Below are positions 25,681-31,508 of a stretch of 31,508 nucleotides of DNA, piece after piece. Location: the IMG/VR virus record IMGVR_UViG_3300029258_002403. One strand, given 5' to 3'. Both the position numbers and the translations under genes were made by a program. Under the pieces are notes generated by a model. The model was not told the DNA's origin, made no database searches, and saw only the letters and a list, made by a program, of their open reading frames with translations. This DNA comes from an uncultured virus (IMG/VR IMGVR_UViG_3300029258_002403). Its lineage: Duplodnaviria > Heunggongvirae > Uroviricota > Caudoviricetes. The number at the start of each line of letters is the position of its first letter. Position 1 is the first letter of the stretch.

Positions 25681-27174
25681 TCACCGCACCAGGGTGTCCA
25701 CGTTGGTGTAGACCGCGTCGTCCTGGTACGTCCAGGCCCCTCCCGCGTACCCTGCCTGCCGGGCGCACTCCCGCGCGATCCAGGACGCGATCAGGCGGTC
25801 GCCGGTGTGCTCCCTGGGGGTGTAGGCCTGGCACTCTCGGAGCCACTCGGCCACCTCCGGCGGCGGCACGAGGTTGTCGTCGCAGGGAATCATCCACTTC
25901 CCCTGGTCGAACTCCGTCCCCAGGGACTCGATCCCGAAGGCCATGTGGTACTTGTTGCGCGCCGTGGTGGTGTGGCGCTTGAGGGGCAAGGTGGACAGTT
26001 CCCCCGCGAACTGGATCAGGTAGTCCTGCGCGGCGTTGTTCTCCACCATGATCAGCGAACCGAACCGCCGATGCACGTCCAGTAGTTCCTGGAGGATCCG
26101 CGGCCCGGTCCACCGCCCGGCGCGGATGTCGAGCAACTGGCGGGTGCCGTCTGGGAGGACGGTGATGGTGAAGACACACGCCAGGTCACCCCCGGTGCCG
26201 CTCGCCACGGACAAGTCCACCCCGGTGAACGTGGGGCTGTCCGCCGGGTTCCACGAGTCCTTGAGGGATTCGCCGCGGCCGCGGAGGAGGCACCGCTCGA
26301 TGGCCGACGCCTTGATCCGGGCGTCGTCGTAGGCGGGGATCACGTTGCGGAGCATGTTGGGCGCCAAGCGGCCAAGCTCCTGCTCCCGGCGGCGCAGGCC
26401 GCTGATCGACCACATTTCTGGGATCAACGGCGCCTCGCCAACCTCCGCAGGGACAAACGCGCTGTACTTGCGGGTGTGGTAGCCCTCGATCCGGGACAGT
26501 CGGTGGAGCACGTCCTCCCGGTGCCACACGTGGCCCACCGCCCACACGCGGCCGCTCTCCCGCGGCAGGCGGGACAGCACCTCGCCGCTCACCCACTCCC
26601 ACATCTTGTCCCGGGAGCGCTCGGTCATGGTGTTCTCCAGGTTGCAGATGTCGTCAATAACGATCAGGTCCAGGCGGGAGCCCAGGATCTTGCCGTACAG
26701 GCCGAACATCTGGACCGTGGGGTCGGGGAGGGACAGGGTGCGCTCAATGATGATCCCCTCGTCGTTCCACATGCGCTGACCCTTCCGCTGCCGCTTGAGG
26801 TGGGGGAACACCACCCGCAGCCACTTGTTGGTCTCGATGTCCGCCTTGATCGCGGACAGGAACTTGGAGGGGACGCCGCTCTTGCTCACCGAGATCACCC
26901 CGATGCGGATGTTGGGGTTGCGCCCCATCTCGTACAGCAGGCGCCACCGGGTGATCTGGTTGCTCTTGCCGTGGCCCACCGGCGCGAACAGGACGCACCG
27001 GTCGTGCTCGTCCATGAGCCGGTGCCACTCCACGTGGACCTTGCCCATGCGGATCGGCCGGTCCCCCTCCTGGCGGCCGATCCGGTGGACGAACTCCACG
27101 CTGTCCCGCCGCGCCCGGAGCACCTGCTGCCGCAGGCGGAGCCGGGCACGTTCCTCTGCCTGGAGTGGGTTCAC
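25681..27174 (-). CDS. terL: Terminase large subunit
   Basis: Walker A FAPVGHGKS, Walker B LIVIDDI, nuclease TGVDLS, MVENNAAQ, HTGDRLIA. Confidence 0.92.
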   Translation of the reverse strand: MNPLQAEERARLRLRQQVLRARRDSVEFVHRIGRQEGDRPIRMGKVHVEWHRLMDEHDRCVLFAPVGHGKSNQITRWRLLYEMGRNPNIRIGVISVSKSGVPSKFLSAIKADIETNKWLRVVFPHLKRQRKGQRMWNDEGIIIERTLSLPDPTVQMFGLYGKILGSRLDLIVIDDICNLENTMTERSRDKMWEWVSGEVLSRLPRESGRVWAVGHVWHREDVLHRLSRIEGYHTRKYSAFVPAEVGEAPLIPEMWSISGLRRREQELGRLAPNMLRNVIPAYDDARIKASAIERCLLRGRGESLKDSWNPADSPTFTGVDLSVASGTGGDLACVFTITVLPDGTRQLLDIRAGRWTGPRILQELLDVHRRFGSLIMVENNAAQDYLIQFAGELSTLPLKRHTTTARNKYHMAFGIESLGTEFDQGKWMIPCDDNLVPPPEVAEWLRECQAYTPREHTGDRLIASWIARECARQAGYAGGAWTYQDDAVYTNVDTLVR

Positions 27175-28202
27175 GCCGCGAGCACGTCGTTGAAGGACGA
27201 GTAGCTGTCCTTGGCCTTGTAGTCCATGCGGATCGTGGCGCCCACCTTGTCGGCCAGGTCCACCAGGAACTCCGCGAACTTGCGCCCCGCGTCCGTGGGC
27301 TTGTTGGTGAAGGCGCAGTGCATGGTGAACTCCAGGCCGTCAGCGAAGTGCCCCTCACCGCGGCCGATCTCGATCACCCTGCGCACGTCGGCTTCCATAT
27401 CCTCCTCGTGCAGGTTGTCGTCGTTGCTGTTGGCGTCCCAGGCGAAGCCCAAGTACCAGTTGTTGGCGCCGTTGCCATGCCAGGTGACCCACCGGAACGG
27501 CAGGTTGAGGTACAGGACCGAGTTGGCGCCACTCACCACGTGGTACGGCACGCCGGTGTTGTACTGCTGGGGCTTGTACCCCCGATACCGGTCGGCCAAC
27601 GCCATGGCCCGAACCCACGCTTGATCCCGCTCGGCGGCGGACAGCTCCTCCCATGCGGCGCCACGGGGTTGGTCGATCCACTCCGTCTGGACCATCTTGC
27701 CGTTGGGCTGGGGGACCTTGGGAGTCCATAGGCCGCTGTCGATCTGCTTCTCCCAGTAGTCCCGGCGGGATCCGTGGGTGCCGAACCCCCCGGCCACCGC
27801 GGTGTGGTGGAAGCAGATCCCCCGCTTGTAGGTGTTGCGGGTGCTGCCGGACGAGTCGTTCTCGTCCGTGAACGGGTTGTACCACTTCACGTTGTCGGCG
27901 CCGCGGTCGGTGACGGCCCGCTGGTCGTACACCGCGTACAGCCAGTCGTGATCGACGGGCGCGCTCTCCCCGTCCTCCTTGTCCCACTGCTCCTGGAGGT
28001 ACTCCAGCTTGGCCCGCGCCATGGAGCGCAGGTGCATGGCCTCCTCCTGGAGATACAGGGACAGGCGGGCCACGTGGTCCGCGGCGCCCTGGTCGTCCAG
28101 TTGGGGGGCCAGTTGGCCCAGGTACGCCCCCGCGGCGTCCACGGGCGCGCCGGCGGAGGTCAGGAGGGCGACATCCTTGGGGGTGGCGTTGGGGCTAGGC
28201 AT
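27171..28202 (-). CDS. N-acetylmuramoyl-L-alanine amidase (Amidase_2)-like protein
   Basis: ICFHHTA, VPYHVV, VTWHGNGAN, TMHC..KPTDAG (H/H/D Zn-ligand pattern); directly after the holin. Confidence 0.7.
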   Translation of the reverse strand: MPSPNATPKDVALLTSAGAPVDAAGAYLGQLAPQLDDQGAADHVARLSLYLQEEAMHLRSMARAKLEYLQEQWDKEDGESAPVDHDWLYAVYDQRAVTDRGADNVKWYNPFTDENDSSGSTRNTYKRGICFHHTAVAGGFGTHGSRRDYWEKQIDSGLWTPKVPQPNGKMVQTEWIDQPRGAAWEELSAAERDQAWVRAMALADRYRGYKPQQYNTGVPYHVVSGANSVLYLNLPFRWVTWHGNGANNWYLGFAWDANSNDDNLHEEDMEADVRRVIEIGRGEGHFADGLEFTMHCAFTNKPTDAGRKFAEFLVDLADKVGATIRMDYKAKDSYSSFNDVLAA

Positions 28203-28575
28203 CCCCGGGTTCCTCTACCGCTCCATCCACAGGGGTGAGGTCGCTGTCGATCTCCGGGGAGGGTGTCCCCGGCTCGTCCTTGGCCAGGTCGGCCGCGACG
28301 GCCTGGATCGCAGCAAGGATCTCCTCCTTGGACTGGGGGACCCCATCCTCCAGGCCTGCACCCACGGCCTTGGCCGCATCGGCGGCGGTGATGGCCTTCT
28401 GCGTCCCCACGCGCTCGGAGGCATCCACGGCGCCCTGGATGCCGGCGTAGCTCATCCACACCAGGGCGAAGTTGGTCCAGTCCTCGTTGAGGGCGAACGG
28501 GAGGCTGGCTGCCACCGCCGCCCAGAACTTACGGCTGGTCAGGGTCTTGAGGAGGAACTGGGTCACGTGCTTCAT
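28195..28575 (-). CDS. Holin-like membrane protein
   Basis: LTSRKFWAAVAA motif, two short hydrophobic segments, acidic C-terminus; AAGGAG RBS. Confidence 0.7.
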   Translation of the reverse strand: MKHVTQFLLKTLTSRKFWAAVAASLPFALNEDWTNFALVWMSYAGIQGAVDASERVGTQKAITAADAAKAVGAGLEDGVPQSKEEILAAIQAVAADLAKDEPGTPSPEIDSDLTPVDGAVEEPGDA

Positions 28576-29401
28576 GGTCGGTCTCCTTGGCCGGTTCCAC
28601 GTCGATCACGTCGTCCGGCGCCGTTGGCAAGGGTAGCGGGTCGTCGTCCCCGAAGTCACGGGCGGGGCGCTCCCCCGTCTCCGCAAAGTGCTCGATGTCC
28701 TCCTCGGTCCACCCGCGGAACTCGGGGAGTAGGTCGTCCAGGATGTCGTGGCCCACGTCCTCCCCCACCAACTCCTCCACCAGCGCGGTGGCGGCGGGCA
28801 GGAGGGCTTCCCCGGACAGGTCCAGGCGGGCTTCCTTGGGCAGTTGGGACAGGGGGTCCTGTCCTTGGTGCGGCGAGTCGAACACGATGCGGAACGCGCG
28901 CGCGGTCTCGCTGAAATCGGTGAACGGGCGCAGGGCCTTGAGGGTTTCCCGCATGGAGTGGGGCATGGCCATCTGGGCCAAGTCCTTGTCGGTCCCCTTC
29001 CCGGCGCGGATCCGTTCGCTGGCCGGGCCCACCCGATGCTTGAGGTGGGCTGCCATGAGGTTGCGGGCGATCGTCTGGGCCACCCCGCCGATCTCCACGG
29101 CCCGCTTGAGGTGGTCCACCGACCCGCTCCCCACCGCGTCGGCAGCATCTTGGGCGCGAGAGCGGATCTTGGCGGACAGTTCCGCGATCCGCCCCTGGTA
29201 CGAGGCCATCCCCCGGCTCTCGTCCCCCACCTTCATGAGCCACGCCAACTGCGGCCGGGACAGGCCGGTGGCGCTCAGCACCTGCTGCACCGTGTGACCG
29301 GTGCTCACCAAGTCCCACCCCACCTTGTACTGCTGGGGGGTGATCGTGTCCTCTGGCCGCCCCGCGATGTTGGGAACGGCGCTCAGGTTACGCCGCCCCA
29401 C
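28529..29401 (-). CDS. HTH-containing protein, possibly terminase small subunit
   Basis: N-terminal GHTVQQVLSATGLSRPQLAWL HTH-like segment, helical middle, acidic tail; start uncertain (GTG 29401 used). Confidence 0.55.
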   Translation of the reverse strand: MGRRNLSAVPNIAGRPEDTITPQQYKVGWDLVSTGHTVQQVLSATGLSRPQLAWLMKVGDESRGMASYQGRIAELSAKIRSRAQDAADAVGSGSVDHLKRAVEIGGVAQTIARNLMAAHLKHRVGPASERIRAGKGTDKDLAQMAMPHSMRETLKALRPFTDFSETARAFRIVFDSPHQGQDPLSQLPKEARLDLSGEALLPAATALVEELVGEDVGHDILDDLLPEFRGWTEEDIEHFAETGERPARDFGDDDPLPLPTAPDDVIDVEPAKETDHEARDPVPPQDPDQP

Positions 29402-29960
29402 GGTACCGCACCCCCCACAGGGTCGCGGCGCGGAACACCTCGCGTTCCGCCACAGCCGCGGCCTTGGAGCCTCGTTCCACGTACAGCCAACCGCACCCCG
29501 CATCCAGGCGGGTGGCCACCTCGTCCAGGCTCACCGCCGAGATCGTGTCGGGGTGGGGGTCGATCGCCACCACCTCGGCGGGCGGCGGGACGAACGGGAT
29601 GGCGTTGAGGGCGTGGATCACCGCTTGGGTGGCGCGGGGAGCGCACAGGATCTCGCTCACGTCGTGGACCCACCACAGCGGCTGGGCGCTCCACCGGTGC
29701 TCGCTCACTGGCCGGCGGACCCACACCTCCACGTTGGACGTGCGGGCGTCGGCGCCGAGCATGAGGAGGCACCTGTCCAGTTCCTTGGACCCCCACGGAA
29801 CGGTCCCCGTGAGCATCACCACGCTGGCCCCGGGGAGGCGGTTGGCGGCCACCGCGGCCACCAGGGACGCCTCGTCCTGGAGGTCCACGTCGTCCACGTC
29901 GATCAGGATGGCCCCCTGACCCTCCTTCTCCCCGTACTGAATGAGTTGCGATCCTGGCAC
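29388..29960 (-). CDS. Hypothetical protein, possibly a degenerate QueE/radical-SAM-fold protein
   Basis: Probable GTG 29960 start; IQYGEKEGQGAILI, VVMLTGTVPW and VEVWV resemble QueE segments; no CxxxCxxC. Confidence 0.55.
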   Translation of the reverse strand: MPGSQLIQYGEKEGQGAILIDVDDVDLQDEASLVAAVAANRLPGASVVMLTGTVPWGSKELDRCLLMLGADARTSNVEVWVRRPVSEHRWSAQPLWWVHDVSEILCAPRATQAVIHALNAIPFVPPPAEVVAIDPHPDTISAVSLDEVATRLDAGCGWLYVERGSKAAAVAEREVFRAATLWGVRYRGAA

Positions 29961-29988
29961 CTGGCCAGGGTACCACGCGGCTGGTGCG

Positions 29989-30624
29989 CTACTCCAGGCC
30001 GGCGAAGGGGTCAACCTCCGCCTCGATCGCCTCCCGCTGTTCGGAGGCTCGCTTCTTCTTGATCGCGTCGGCCTTGGTCTTGGCGGCGTCCATGGTCTTG
30101 GGGCGCTCCACGTCGTCGGCAGTCCTGGGGTGGGCCGCGTCGATCTTCTTGACGATGTACTCGGACGAGTCCGAGATCTGCACCTGCTGTTCCAGCGCCA
30201 AGTCCTTGAGCCGCTCCACCTTGTCCTCGTTGGCCTTGATCCGCTTCTCGATCTGGGCCCCCTCCTGCTCCACCCGTTCGATCACAGGCGCGGCTTCCTG
30301 CTCCTTTTGCTCCGGGGTCGGCGCCCGGGTGGCCACTACTCCCACCGTGCCCGCCACCCCCGTGAGGATCACCGCGAGCGCGGCCAGGATCTTGTTCCAC
30401 AACCCCTGGCGCTTGGCTCGCTCCTCCGCCTCCTTCACCTGGAGCTGGAGGAGTTGGCTCACCGCGTCGTCCTGGACCTTCTTGCGGGCAGCCTCCTCCT
30501 CCTTCCGCTTCTTGTCCTTCTCCGCCTCCATCTGCTCCTGGTAAGCGCGGAGTTCGGACAGCTTGGCCTCCAGGGTGGTGTTGACATCCCGGGTGATCTC
30601 GTGGCGGAGGTCGTCGGTGGTCAT
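29989..30624 (-). CDS. Single-pass membrane coiled-coil protein (lysis-associated?)
   Basis: Charged coiled coils flank the hydrophobic ILAALAVILTGVAGTVGVVA segment; follows the endolysin. Confidence 0.75.
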   Translation of the reverse strand: MTTDDLRHEITRDVNTTLEAKLSELRAYQEQMEAEKDKKRKEEEAARKKVQDDAVSQLLQLQVKEAEERAKRQGLWNKILAALAVILTGVAGTVGVVATRAPTPEQKEQEAAPVIERVEQEGAQIEKRIKANEDKVERLKDLALEQQVQISDSSEYIVKKIDAAHPRTADDVERPKTMDAAKTKADAIKKKRASEQREAIEAEVDPFAGLE

Positions 30625-30633
30625 GTCGTGATC

Positions 30634-31508
30634 CTAGCTCCCCGGGGGCCACTTCCCCGCGGCGTTTTGTGCCAAGGCGATCCGCACCGCGGCCTCAGTC
30701 TGGCCGCCCCACCGGCCGTCTACCTTGATCTCGGCGGTGTCCTGGAACGCGAGCAGGGCCCCCTTGGAGTCCTCCCCCCAGGACCCGTCCACCCCGTCCC
30801 CGTTGGGCCCCCACGGCCCCAGGTCGAACCCTAGCTCCACCAGGGCTGCCTGCCGTTGAGCGTGCGTGTCCAGGGGACGGCGGTCGATCTCGTCGTCCCG
30901 GTCTCGTGGGTCCACCAGCACGCCGTCCGTGCGGGGGTCTGGCACGTCCTCCCCCCGCATGAACCGCACCCACTGCTCCATCCAGTCCCCAGGGCACGCG
31001 GCCTTCCCTGCGTCGAAGTGGCCGCACAGGGCGTCAGGATCCCCAGGCCCGGGGGTGAGCCCATACCGGGGGAGGAGGTAGTCGAACACCAACTCCTGGA
31101 GGGCCATCTGCGCCGTGGGGTCCGGGGCCTCCTGGCCGCGGCTCTTGCCGTGCCGGGTGCGGTACAGGCCCGCCACACACACGGCCACCCCGCGGCGGTT
31201 GTTGCGGCCGCCGGTGTGGTAGCTGACCGTCTCGTCGGGATGGAGGCGGTACACCTCCAGCTTGCCCTCCACGGTGTCGGGGAAGGCGGGGATCACGAAC
31301 GTGTACCCGGCGCCCGGCCACCCTCGCCCGCCGCCGATCCACCACTTGCGGGGCTTGCCCCGCACCATGCGGGTGCGGATCGACCCGTCCGGGTTGAGCT
31401 TGTACTTCGGCGGCGCCGTGTGGAACCAGCTGATCCGCTCGGCTGCCTTTTGGCCGCGGAGCATATTGCCCGCCGACTGGTGAACGAACACCGTCTCAAT
31501 CTCCCGGC
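30634..31508 (-). CDS. Endolysin: Amidase_2 + C-terminal peptidoglycan-binding domain (5' end beyond the window)
   Basis: Frame open to the edge (REIETVFVHQSAG); GAGYTFVI, SYHTGG, GHFDAGKAACPG; PG_binding_1 pattern QAALVELGF..GVDGSWG..ALLAFQ..VDGRWGGQT. Confidence 0.88.
   Translation of the reverse strand, partial: REIETVFVHQSAGNMLRGQKAAERISWFHTAPPKYKLNPDGSIRTRMVRGKPRKWWIGGGRGWPGAGYTFVIPAFPDTVEGKLEVYRLHPDETVSYHTGGRNNRRGVAVCVAGLYRTRHGKSRGQEAPDPTAQMALQELVFDYLLPRYGLTPGPGDPDALCGHFDAGKAACPGDWMEQWVRFMRGEDVPDPRTDGVLVDPRDRDDEIDRRPLDTHAQRQAALVELGFDLGPWGPNGDGVDGSWGEDSKGALLAFQDTAEIKVDGRWGGQTEAAVRIALAQNAAGKWPPGS

Noticed and set aside
10..30834. Many long plus-strand ORFs (e.g. 10-1425, 8172-10289, 11957-13879, 20103-23717)
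   Set aside because: They are antisense shadows of motif-bearing minus-strand genes, expected at high GC, with no recognisable motifs
1..31508. Stop-codon reassignment, tRNA genes, integrase/att sites
   Set aside because: Genes are intact under the standard code and end in all three stop codons; no cloverleaf or recombinase motifs were recognised, so lifestyle and host remain undetermined

Overview
High-GC (roughly 70% by eye) tailed dsDNA phage or prophage segment. Every credible gene is on the minus strand; the long plus-strand ORFs are antisense shadows. In transcription order (right to left): a lysis/packaging block (amidase endolysin cut by the window edge, membrane protein, possible degenerate QueE-like protein, HTH protein, holin, second amidase, TerL, portal); a 1220-aa MuF-type minor head protein with three HTH-like repeats, a YajC-like beta domain and a C-terminal HExxH metallopeptidase, followed by a small Cys-rich gene (candidate toxin/immunity pair); two units (MoxR-like AAA ATPase + HExxH/VWA protein; DUF6744/DUF3150-like protein) sharing a promoter/operator/leader cassette with a GTTAT-N9-ATAAC palindrome; a sigma factor-ParB-MT-A70 methylase-SF2 helicase cluster; and a replication/recombination block (RHH-like regulator, initiator with eleven internal 12-bp iterons next to an AT-rich tract, DnaB-like helicase, primase, UDG-fused PolA, UvsY-like protein, gp32-like SSB, RecA). 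No capsid, tail, integrase, tRNA or CRISPR feature was recognised. All family calls come from motif recognition by eye, not database searches.
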